DNA from: Octopus sinensis
Taxonomy: Eukaryota
NCBI RefSeq assembly: GCF_006345805.1
Contig: NC_043000.1
Span: 126,480,001 to 126,544,000, forward strand
DNA: 64,000 nt
Direction: 5' to 3'
Shown here: positions 38,813-49,696 of the stretch, piece after piece
Numbering within the stretch: the stretch's first letter is position 1
Layout of the letters: every line of letters begins with the position of its first letter
Notes under the pieces: generated by a model
What the model was told of the DNA's origin: nothing
Databases searched by the model: none
What the model saw: only the letters and a program-made list of their open reading frames with translations
Translations under genes and position numbers: made by a program

Positions 38813-40098
38813 CAAGTGAGGGAGCCTTGTTAATTGTAGGTTAATGGAGATATTGCTTGAAGATTTCATGTTCATGCCTATCTGAAGCAAATCATTCCTT
38901 CCAGCAAGCTAATGAAGCACTTTTAAAATTACACAATGTTCCTGCTATTTAGGAATATGTCAGATGTAAACAAAATTCTTTTACACACACTTATTCAAAT
39001 GTCAATTATTGTACAGTAACGACCAAATTGCATGCATGTGATAATGTTATTCAAACAAAGAATTCTTTAAGGTTGCATTTTGGTAATTTTCTTCCTTTTC
39101 AGAAGCATAAAAAAATATTAGTTTCAAATTTTGGCACAAGGCTAACAATTTCAGGGGAGGGTGTAAGTCAATTACCTCGACCCCAGAGTCCCACTGGTAC
39201 TTATTTTATTGACTTTCAAGGGCAAAAGGCAAAGTTGACCGTGGCAGAATTTGAACTCAGAATGTAAAGAGGGGTGAAATGCTACTAAGCATCAAAAGAT
39301 GTTAACAACAGGTAATAGTTGATCTACAATGAAAGGAGTTTTCTTAAAACAGAACTAACTATTAATGTGGACAGATTCTTCCATATACACATAAAATGTA
39401 GCTAAAATGTAAAGGAACAGACCATGAAAAACTTGATGGTATACTGAAGTGAATGATGGTGTAAAAATAAGTAGATTCAATTTGAAACTATAGGCACAGG
39501 CATGGTAGGGTGATTAACGATTTCATTACCATATTTCTATTGAGATGCTCTGTGTTTCTTTCAATTAATTTTAAATATAACAAAGAATTTAATAAGATAA
39601 CTTAGTTATCATTCAGCAAGTGTTAGGAATAAGATAATTTAGTTATCATTCAGCAAGAGTTAGGAATGTGACTAAGGCTTGGTGGAAGATTTTAATTCAA
39701 AACTGATGAAAACAAATATTTGTACTACAGTGCCAAAGCCGGATTGGTATTGAAAGGGTTAAGATGCCTGCTTCCTAACCATATGGTTTTGGTTGTATAA
39801 GGAACTCGTTTCAGTCTACTAAATCCACATGCAAGGTGTTGACTGGCCTGAAGGGCTATAGTAGTAGACACTTGCCCATTGTTCCATACAGAGGGACTGA
39901 ACTCAAGACCACATGGTTGGGAAGCAAACTTCTTAACTACACTGGTATCTAATCTGATTATATAAAAGGTTGATTGATAGAAGAAATACAGCATGTAAAG
40001 TTGGTATATGTGGGATTCAAACTTAGAACTGAAAGCATTCCAGGAAATGAAATTTGTCTAGTTTAGAAGAAAGAATTAAAACAAAGAACAATACGAAC

Positions 40099-40199
40099 AG
40101 TCTAAGAACTTGTCTCTGTGCAATGGTCTTCAGTGTGTTGATGTAAAAACGGACAAGACCAGTGTTTTGTGGATTGACCGTCAGAGTTAAGTAGGCTGC
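40099..40199 (-). CDS. RPP21: Ribonuclease P protein subunit p21, exon 2
   Basis: Acceptor tttcag, donor gttcgt, phase 0-2. Encodes AAYLTLTVNPQNTGLVRFYINTLKTIAQRQVLR(L). Confidence 0.92.
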
Positions 40200-41968
40200 C
40201 TGAAAAGAAAAAGCAACAAAAACACAGAAATTACAAGATAACAATACTTACAGGTTCTGATAAATGAATAAGCAGCCTATATTTCATTGTTCTTTTAGCG
40301 TCTATTTTTCTATGCTTGCATGGAGGAGACTGAATTTGGCAAGGCAGATTTCCTACATATGCTGTAGCCAAGCCTCACCTGTTTCCAAGCAAGGTAATAT
40401 TTCAGCATAGCTAGACATGTCACAGAATAGTGCAAATGAATGACACACCTTGTGTGCAAGTGACACTTGTTTACAACTATTAAACAATGTCAAAACAGGG
40501 GAACACATACATATATAAATATATATGGCTGGCTTTTTTACAAAAGAGAAAAGCAAATGTTATACACGTCTGTTTAGATAAATGTATTTTGTAATATATT
40601 ATTAAGAGTTTGATTCAGAATTAGCTTATCTAAGTTGTAACAAACAACAACAATTCTATTTCAGAATTTAAATGCTTGGGATACTGAGAACATTTTCTGA
40701 CTCTCCAAGCAGCTGGCTGTAATAACTGGTTGTCAAGCGACAGTGGAGGACACAAACGCAGGCACAGAGACACATACATGAGCATGTGCATATGAGGGGC
40801 TTCCAGTTTCTGTCATCCAAATTCACTCATACGGCATTGGTCAGCCCAGCTTGCTCTTGCCCAAACCTATTTGGTGATTTAGAGTTCAGCATCTTAAATT
40901 ACCAACAAGGGATTTTACAGTTTCTTTCCAGATATTGAAGTTTAGGGAGCTAAGTAAATACCCATTGCAGAGATAATGATGGGAAGGGGGTTAACAGCCC
41001 TCCATTTGGGGACCCCAAAACTAGACTCAGGAAATCTCTGCTTCAGTTACCTGCAGGACACTGTTAAAGCAGGAAGTTTCGTAAACGCTTGTTTTCGTAA
41101 GTGGGTGTCGAAAGTCTAAGGTTCAAATCCAAGATCTATATTTCAATGTCTGTTTTGGAGGTCCGTAGCTGAAACAGTATTATGAACCACTTTTCGTATT
41201 CAGCTAAAAACACTATCAGGAGAGTGTTTCAGATTAGGAATCAGTACAAAGGCCTTCTAACGGGCATACCTCATATCTAGTTTTTAGTGACAGAATGGTT
41301 TACATCTTTGAAAATATAGACAAAACATTGCAGGGTACATGGATAATAGCTGAAGGTTTTTGGAAATATAACAAAGCCTGTAACATCAGAATCCTTGTGA
41401 TAGTAGCAATAAGACCCCGGCTTCCTATGGCTTGTCGTATTCGACACCATGCAGACTAGGAAATGTACAACCGATACTGTAATGTCTTCGAGGAGGAAGT
41501 AACTAAAATAAAGTGCTCTGCTTTTCATAAATAACTCATACTTATACATAACATCATCCACTAATTTATATCTTATTGCTTTTCATTTTCACATTACTTA
41601 AACCTTGCTTACACTTCTAAATAAAACTGTCTCCGTTTCAAAACTTCAAACAGCAAAAAATGTCATATACACACGTTACCTACAGATATATATATATATA
41701 TATATATATATGGTTATTATATCAGAATTAGACAGTATACACAGAATTTCACTCCGGACAGGGACACCGGCGTACTGAGTATATATAAGATAACGTTTGA
41801 ACACGTAAAATATATTTTTGATATTTTACAACTTCAGCATTTATATATATAGGCTATTGTCGAACGGGAAGGAATTGGGAAGCAAAAATAAAACATGTCA
41901 GTTAACTTGCTTTTTGTTTCTGTACAGAAGAGTGATTATGCGACAACAATAACAACTTTTATACATAC

Positions 41969-42034
41969 CTGATATAAAAAATTAATTCTTTGGAAGCTTT
42001 CTTTAAACGGAATTCCTTTATCACATTTACCCAT
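41969..42034 (-). CDS. RPP21: Ribonuclease P protein subunit p21, exon 1
   Basis: ATG at 42034, donor gtatgt. Encodes MGKCDKGIPFKESFQRINFLYQ, matching the Rpp21/Rpr2 N-terminal FQRxNFLYQ motif. Confidence 0.93.
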
Positions 42035-42101
42035 GTGAGTTTGTTTGGAGCCGGTAGCTTATGAAGAGCTAATTGAATAAATTAGTTTCGTATTCATTAT
42101 T

Positions 42102-42140
<39 letters not shown>

Positions 42141-42592
42141 TTACTTTCGTATAAATTCCTTAAGTGTATTTAAATTATTTCTTTAATCTTTATTTTGCTT
42201 TGTTTCAGAATTTTAAACGACAAATTGCCCCCAGTACTTTTTTGGTTTTTGTTTTTCTTTCTAAGTCTTGTAGATTTTCTATTTATTTCTTTAACTGAAC
42301 CGCGAAGTTTCGGGGACGTCAACAAACCAGCACTGGTTGTCAAACAGTGGTGGGGGATACAAATACGAAGATACACGCATAGACGTGTGTGAGTATGTGT
42401 GTATACGATGGGCTTCCACGCAGTTTCTGTCAATCAAATTCACTCACAAAGCATTAGTCGGCCCAGAGCTATAGTAGAAGACTCTTGCCCATAGTGTAAT
42501 GCAGTGGTACTGAACCTGGAACCATATGGTTGCAAAGGGAGCTTCTTAACCACACATCCAGTAGTATTGTTAAATGAATATAATTTCCGGTA

Positions 42593-42932
42593 CTTAAGAA
42601 GAATGGTCCCGACGCGCACCCGCGCTAGTCAGTGGCACCCGCGATAAAAAAAACTCCACTTGTATAAATACGTGTAAACTATACGTGGGTGGGGATTTCT
42701 ATCTATCTATCTATCTATCTATCTAACTAACTAACTAACTAACTATATAATAAAACAAACAACCGGCTAAATGAATGAATGAAAATAAAGCAAATTTTGA
42801 AATTGAAATAAAATGTTACCCAAAAGTCGATTAAAGAAAAGTGGAGTTTTTTTTTTATCGCGGGTGTCACTGACGTGCGCGTCCGTCTACTGACTAGTGC
42901 GGGTGCGTGTGGTCGGGACCACTCTTCTTAAG
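42593..42932. mobile_element. TA-flanked MITE with long TIRs, about 560 bp upstream of the RPP21 ATG
   Basis: TA|cttaagaagaatggtcccgac...cgcgataaaaaaaactccactt versus aagtggagttttttttatcgcg...gtcgggaccactcttcttaag|TA. The core holds (TATC)n(TAAC)n. Confidence 0.8.
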
Positions 42933-43031
42933 TAGTGCCTAATTTCTTTGAGAAAACATTATCACGTTATTACATTTCATTTCTTTTATTATTCAACTAT
43001 TGGAATAAATACAATATTTTTGAATAAACAT

Positions 43032-44586
43032 GTGACCTCGTATTCTTAATAATTACATATGACTGTGATGTGTCTCGAGGGTTTTGATGTTCTATATAAC
43101 CTGCAATTGGCAACAACTGTGATAGCAACAGAAAAGATCCCAACGACCAGTTGACGGAGATGGCGGGTCTTTTCTATTGACAGCTGTGGTACAAGGGAAC
43201 TGTAATGCGAGGAAGTAAGATACGGTTCACCTACCTCTCGTTGTTGGCCGTCCAGCTGTGTTAAGTCCAAACACGTACCCTATCCCTCGCACCTAATGTT
43301 AGCAGCTGTTACTACCAATCCCGTTAGCTCGCTTCACTGACGTCTGTTCACGGCGACTGCACCAGACCGAAAAAGGACGACCCTGGTCTTGCTTCCCTCA
43401 CTTCTTCTCTCCCACTTCCTATTCCGGTCAGGCCCCTTGACCGTTGACGTTGCAGCCCTTTCCTTCAGGCTTATCTCATCCCTACACGCCCCCACCCCGA
43501 TTTCAAAGATCACCTCTTCTCTTCACTCCATGTCAAAACTCGCTGTAGTCTTCGTAAGGAGAGTCTCGTTCTCTCCTCCACCTCCGTCGTCCGACGAAGC
43601 GACAATTCTGCGAAAATCCAAGACGTGATGCAGCATTCCTTCCACAGAAACGTTATTTTTGGAATTAACAGCTACCACTGTTCCACCGAGATGTGCAGCA
43701 TACCTTTGGGGGCCCTCTCTCTTCCGCAGGGCATTCTAATGGTTTACTCGGATGCTGCCATTCATTTCTGAATATCACTCTGTGTGGCACGGACTCTTCG
43801 GCCTGTCCTGATCGGGACGACATATTGTACCTAAATACTGCTTCCAGCGGCAAGAAGTGCCCCCTCTCCGCCATGGCTTTGATCGTTCGATGATGTCTTT
43901 CCACAATCCCATTTCCACTCGGCCTGTATGCTGCTCTGAAGAAACGGTGTATGTTCCACTTATCAAGCATCTCCTTCAGTACCTCTGAACGAAATACAAT
44001 GCCGTTGTCCATAAACAATTCGTCCACAGGGCCCCGTTCTAGGAATATCTTGTTTAGGATACGTGCAGTCACGTCTGCAATGCCCGTTTTCATTTCCCTC
44101 CAAATGGCCATCCGACCCAGCCCACAGTCAACCATCGAGAGATATGTCCCCTGCCGGTAGTGCGTCACATCCACCGTCAATCGTCTCCAGTTGTGGTCTA
44201 CCAAGATGTTTCCCTGCTCATGCACAACCGGAGCAGGGTCAATGGATTGACACCTATCACAGTTTCCGACCACCTTTTGAATGATCTGTCTAGTAACGTC
44301 GGAATCAATACTCCTGGCAAGACACAGGGTTCTATCCACGCCCATATGATGCATGGCATGCAGTTTCCTTAGTTCCGAGTCACTTAACCGACACACTCCT
44401 ACTATCCTCTGCTTCGAATCTTATGGCTCCGCCAACCAGGCTTTTTTCACCCTGGTTAAAATGTCTGCCTCGTTCCTTTCTGAAGGTACAAAGACAACGC
44501 TCAGCTTCAAACCAAATTCGGCAGCTAGCTCTCCTAGAACCCCTAGGCGGCGCTTTACTTACATCTCTTTGGTTCAAACCCTCTTT
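43032..44586 (-). mobile_element. Ty3/Gypsy LTR retrotransposon remnant (integrase plus gag-like piece, internal deletion)
   Basis: ORF 43665..44396 has an HHCC zinc motif (H..HH.G...C..CQ), VDVTHY, MDNG and YRPSGNGIVERHHRTIK (DDE integrase). The outer boundary and LTR are approximate. Confidence 0.85.
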
Positions 44587-44820
44587 TCATCGGTGATCAT
44601 CCATATACAAGAGATAGCTGATCGTTTTGCCGTAACAATTGTATCCACATCCGGTTCTGTTTAGCATGTCAGATAAAGGTATGAGTGCCAAGTAGAACAG
44701 GAGTAGAGAGAGCTTGTCTCCTTGGAATATTCCTCTTCTAAAGGAGATGGCTTTGGTTTTTATGAGTCCCTCTTTTGTCTGGAGCTGTAGCACAGTCAGC
44801 CATTTATTCATGGAATGTTT
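44587..44820 (-). mobile_element. R4/Dong-like LINE RT fragment; upstream part probably at about 45395-45910
   Basis: RRGIFQGDKLSLLLF...ISYLLYMDD. Confidence 0.75.
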
Positions 44821-45910
44821 TATCTATATACTATTAAAAGTCAGATTGAATCTTGCTTTCTTGCAATGCTACTCAGCCAAACTGGTGCATAATGGGAAAA
44901 TACTATGAATTAAATTTACCCTGAAATGTTAATACGAACGGAATTAAACAAGTTTCGCGTAAATGGATAAAGTGATTTTCGGGATATTAGAGGCTTCCGG
45001 GGTATAAATACCCAAAACGGTGCATAATGGGAAAATGTTCTGAAAATAATCTTCATCCTGAAAGGGAAAAACTCTTTTCTTTCTATTAGACACAGTGAGT
45101 TGACAATGAAAAAATACAATGTCACTAACGTTCATTCTTTGACTTGGTACTGTAAAAAAAAAACACATATATAACAAAAAGTGTCAGGGAAATTCAAGCA
45201 TTTAAAACATGGAGCTACGGGTGGGGGCCAATATGGGCCAGCCCATAAGAAAAAAAACCCCAGATGTAATAGATAAAAACTATTGTCATTTTAAAATTCA
45301 GTGACCCCAAATTACCCCCAAACAGGTCTCAAGCTTAGGTCAGCAGAAAAAAGTTAGAATTCGTTGGCCAGTGTAATTGATCTAAGCCATACTTAGACCC
45401 TTCTTTCTTCGGCTGTCTTCAGTTATAGCTTTATTGATCAGTGGCTAATCTTTACAGTCATATGAGCCATTGCAGTATCCCTTCTGCTCTTCTGGAAACA
45501 GGTTGTTTGTCCATTCTCTGCGATACTATTGGTCAGTAATTTTGTGGGTTTTCTGTTTCAGTGGATTTGGGAATTAGGATAGTTTTCCCTTCCGTAAGCC
45601 ATTCAGGCGTTGTTTTTGACTGCAACTATTTCATTAAATTTCACAGCCAGCATTTTATGTATTCCTGTTAGATATTTTAACCAGAAGTTGGGGATCTTGT
45701 CGTGTCCAGGTGCCTTCCAGTTGCTTAGTTTTTTCAGTGCCTGTTATAGGAGTCTAGAGTTGTTCAGGTGCTGTGTTTGTTATTTTGATAGATCTTTTCT
45801 GGATCTTCGCCGATCATATTTCTTTCCAAAATTTGTCCACTTCTGCTGTTGGTGCAGCATTGATCTCTATTTTATTTTTGCCAAGTTCTTGGTAGAATCT
45901 TTTGGGGTTT

Positions 45911-47390
45911 GAGATTCGCTACAAGTGCGAGAAATAAGAATTGAAGAGAAGCTGAAGGAACACTACAGACTGATTCAGAAGGAGGGATCCAGTTTAAAGC
46001 TGACCCCTCCACAAGAGGTGAAAACAAGTACCAAGAAAAGAATAGTGGTTTACAGAACTCTATCGACAACCACAAAGAATATAGAGATAGCTACAGAGGA
46101 AGCAATTGAAGAATGTCTGAAGGAAATCAAGAAACTGACAACATTCTATACAAGAGGCAGAAAATACGGCACAGTGGAGGTGCGATTTGCCAACGAACAG
46201 GAGGCAATAAATCACTCCATTATGACGCTGAAGACAGGAAAATGGGTACTCCTATCTACCTACTGCGGCAAAAGGGCCGCCAGAGTGAGAATAGGTAGAG
46301 TACCACCAGAAATCAAATAAGCGTGACTCGTAGCAGCCGTAATGCACAAAACTGAGGAAGGCGCAAGAATTCTAAAGGTGACACGGACAAAGAAGGTAAA
46401 TTGGTGGGGATACAGACTAGAAATGGTCGTCCAGCTCGGACAACAAGATCTAAATGAAATTGCTGAAGAAATATTACTACCGGTGGACATAAGGTTGAGA
46501 GTGGTAATAGAAGGAAGGCCACAAAATTGCTATCAATGCGGCGAAAAAGTGTCTCCAGAGAGAAAACAAAAACGAGAAAAGCTAACAGGAGCAGAATGCC
46601 GAAGTGGTGGACCTAGAAAATGAAAAATCCACGAAGAAGTGGAAGAACCATTTACAGAGGTAATCAAAAGGAAAAAAAAAGAGCAAGTGAACTCACCTCC
46701 GAAGAGTCCAAGAAAGAAAAAGAAGGAGAGTGAAATAGAATGTACACATTTTTCACAACATGAACCTCCAATAGCACCAACAACGAAGAAAAAAGAAAAG
46801 GAAACCGTCACAGACAACCAAATTCCACCACAGGAACGAACAGTCAAAAGACACGGAAAAAAACAAATGGCATATTGTAACATATACAAAAAAACACAGA
46901 TACAAAAAGGAAAATCACCAAATTTAAATCGGTGATAAGAGTAAAATTACCAATGGAACATAATCCAGAAAGTACAAAAGCCATAGTAATAGACAAAGAG
47001 AGATACGAATAATTAAAGGAATGGTTTCAAAACAAGGTGGACCAAATGGGAATGAATGAGGGTAGAGTTTGACGACCTTCCACCAGTTATAGATTACGAC
47101 GATAAAATGGTAAAGCGTGAATAAGCTTTTAAATTTTTTTAAAGGCTACACATACTGTGCGAAAAGGAAAAAAAAGGGAAAAAAGAAGGAAAAAATTATA
47201 TAAAAACTTTTTATTAAAACAGTTAAAGGGTACTGCTTGAGAGTGGGGTTCAAGCAGCCATTAAATCCTCATTTAATTATTATCCATCTCTCATTCATTC
47301 GTTTTATATTTTTTGTCCCCACTGTGATGCTCTGCCTGTCCTTGTGCCGTCCCCCTCTGTATCATGATCTATGTGCCAAATAAAGAAAAA
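45911..47390 (+). mobile_element. Tx1/L1-like element, ORF1 only (RRM-like region plus degenerate CCHC knuckle), with 3' UTR and A-rich end
   Basis: ORFs 45925, 46342 and 46639 form one disrupted ORF1: GTVEVRFANEQEA...RVRIGRVPPEI...VVIEGRPQNCYQCGEK, then a basic tail. It ends at aataaagaaaaa with no EN/RT recognisable. Confidence 0.7.
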
Positions 47391-47955
47391 CAGTCAGTGA
47401 AGGCACGCCGTTAGGTTCGCACCCGAGTCTCTGTTAAATCCTTGTGATTCCGTTTCAGAGAAGTCTTGTTAACTTTTGTTGAAGGTTCTCCCTGACGGGT
47501 TTACCTATTTTTGAAATTGTTGACTTATTGTTGTACTGTTTGCCTTGTATTTTGTTTTCTACCCCATTTAGGGGCGAAAATAGTGTAAAAACTATGGAAG
47601 TGGTGCAGGCTCGAGCCGGGAGATACGCTTCTGTAGCAAGCCATTGAAGTGGTACAGCCGCTGTTAACCTGCTGGAAGTTGGGGAGTAACGGTGGATGTG
47701 GAACTACTGAAGAAGAGCAATAAATTAATACAGAGGGAAGGGTCATGACTGAAGCTAACCCTGTCTGAAGATATCATTGATATGAAAAGATAGTAAAATG
47801 GTGGTATACACAACGCTCTCTGTTAAAAGTAAAAAAAAAATCGAGATGGCGAGTAAGGAGGCCATAGAACAATGTCTAAAAGAAATTAAGGACATAAAAT
47901 TCTTCTGTAGAGGAAGACGATTTGGCACAGTTGAAGTGCGATTTGCCTCCAAATT
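47391..47955 (+). mobile_element. Second, 3'-truncated copy of the same Tx1/L1-like element (5' UTR plus ORF1 start)
   Basis: VVYTTLS...IEMASKEAIEQCLKEIK...RGRRFGTVEVRFA parallels VVYRTLS...IEIATEEAIEECLKEIK...RGRKYGTVEVRFA. Confidence 0.75.
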
Positions 47956-48024
47956 TCAGGCTTTGTGCCTATATCAAAAAGGATTATTATTGTTATTATT
48001 AACCACCTGTCATTCGTTCTCTAA

Positions 48025-48268
48025 CAGGTTTATGGTCGAGCCTGTGGCAGTGGAGACCTCCGGAGTTCTCAGGTCCTGACAAAATCCCTGCTCACCGCTA
48101 TCGGGGCGAAGATGGCTGTCCGGAAGTGCAAGCCCGGTGAGTCAGAGTGGCTGTTCCAGCGCATATCCCTTGCAATCCTCCGTAGCAACGCCTTTTCCAT
48201 TTTGTTAGCTGAGACCATGACGTGGTCTCAATTACAGGAAATCGAAAGAATGTACGAATTTCGTAGCT

Positions 48269-48312
<44 letters not shown>
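48025..48312 (+). mobile_element. CRE-like (RLE-type) non-LTR retrotransposon 3' end with (CTA)n tail
   Basis: PVAVETSG...WLFQRISLAILRSNAFSIL resembles the 'P.A.ETLG...LFQR.S.A.QRGNA' C-terminus of CRE-type elements. Confidence 0.65.
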
Positions 48313-49388
48313 ACAAAGCAATTAATATACTTGTTAACCAAAAGTCTATTAGTTGTGTAAATAAATAGCCAATGGCCTACTTAAACAAACACAAGTCCCA
48401 TTACATTTCTTTACTTTTTCTTCTATTTATTTATTGTAATAAGAAAAGAATTTGTGTCTTTAGAGTTTATTAGTACTATTTTTATTGCTACCGCTGCTAC
48501 TACTACTTCTGCTGCCGTCACTGTGACTATTGCTGTTGCTGCTACTACTACAACTACTCCTCTCAGACGCCTACTTTGCAGAAACACTCCTTGAAATATT
48601 TAATCTTCTGAGTCACTGTATACAATATCAAAGAAAGAGAGAATAGGCGAAATACAAACCAAATACCAAAGTTAACTGACTAACTACAAGCAACTGACCT
48701 ATAGATATGTATAATTGAAATTTACAGAAAAGCTAAAGACGAAGACGTGTATAAACAACAAACAGATGTATTAGTTTAACGCTCCTGAAGGCGAGAAAGT
48801 CTTTTACGTTTCGAGCCTACGCTCTTCAACAGAAAGGAACACGAGGAAATAAACAGAGAGAATTAAGAAAACAACTTTCGGAGCTAGCAGTCAATCATGG
48901 CGGCTGGCTGGACAGAGGTAGTTAGACAGGAGAAGAGAGAGGGAGAGAGAGAGAGGGAGAGAGAGAGAGAGAGAAAGAGAGAGCAGTCAAAACTTGACTC
49001 AACCCTGGAACCTATATATGTCAATCAACAACCTCGCAAACTCGATGCAGTGGTAACATATCAGTGTCACTAATCCATAGAAGGCTCTACACACGCAAGT
49101 TTTCACATTAAGTGAGAAAGGCGATAAACCAGATATATTTATCGCGATGTTTTCTCCTATGGGCCTTAGAGTTGAGCATGTCAGTAATGCAGCTTTTAAA
49201 CCTACAAGCATCGTTATAGATGGGTGATACTCCATTGAAGACATCTTTATTGGGAGATAAGTTCAGCATCTTATTGACATCCTTTACAAGATTGTTGAAC
49301 ACCATAGGTGAGTCGCAAGAAACTATGTTGATGTAGGCAGCCTCTCGTTTGGTTAACAGTAAAGCCTGTATGAACCTGTAAGCTTCAT

Positions 49389-49696
49389 CAGTGGTTCTCA
49401 ACCATTTTTTTTATCTATGGATCCCTTTGATCCCTATTTTATTCCGATGGAGCCCCATAGAGATTCAATGTTTGAAGATTAAAGTTTTATAGATACTTTG
49501 TCAAAATTCTAATTTTACTTTTTTATTTGTGTAAGTTGGCAATATCACTCTTTGGAAACATATTCAACTATGTTAAGCGTTAGAGAAAGAAACCTAATTA
49601 TTTCTTGCAATAAATACATCTGAAGCAAAAATTGTTCATGGACCCTGAAAATACTACAGTGGATCCCCGATTTACCGCTTTGCTTGAGAACTACTG
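49389..49696. mobile_element. hAT (Charlie-like) MITE
   Basis: cagtggttctcaa ... ttgagaactactg termini. No clean TSD seen. A related copy lies near 11054-11365. Confidence 0.55.

Noticed and set aside
40200-41968. RNase P or MRP RNA embedded in the RPP21 intron
   Set aside because: I searched for CR-I/CR-V and P4 pairing. Only a weak gaaagtctaag / ttcagatt pair about 120 nt apart was found, too close and imperfect.
44822-45395. Possible Helitron-like insert (tctatatactattaaaag start) splitting the R4-like LINE
   Set aside because: No 3' hairpin plus CTAG terminus could be found, so the class is unassigned.
48700-49385. Penelope-like remnant (acgtttcgagcc motif)
   Set aside because: Only a short motif resemblance; no RT or GIY-YIG residues could be confirmed.
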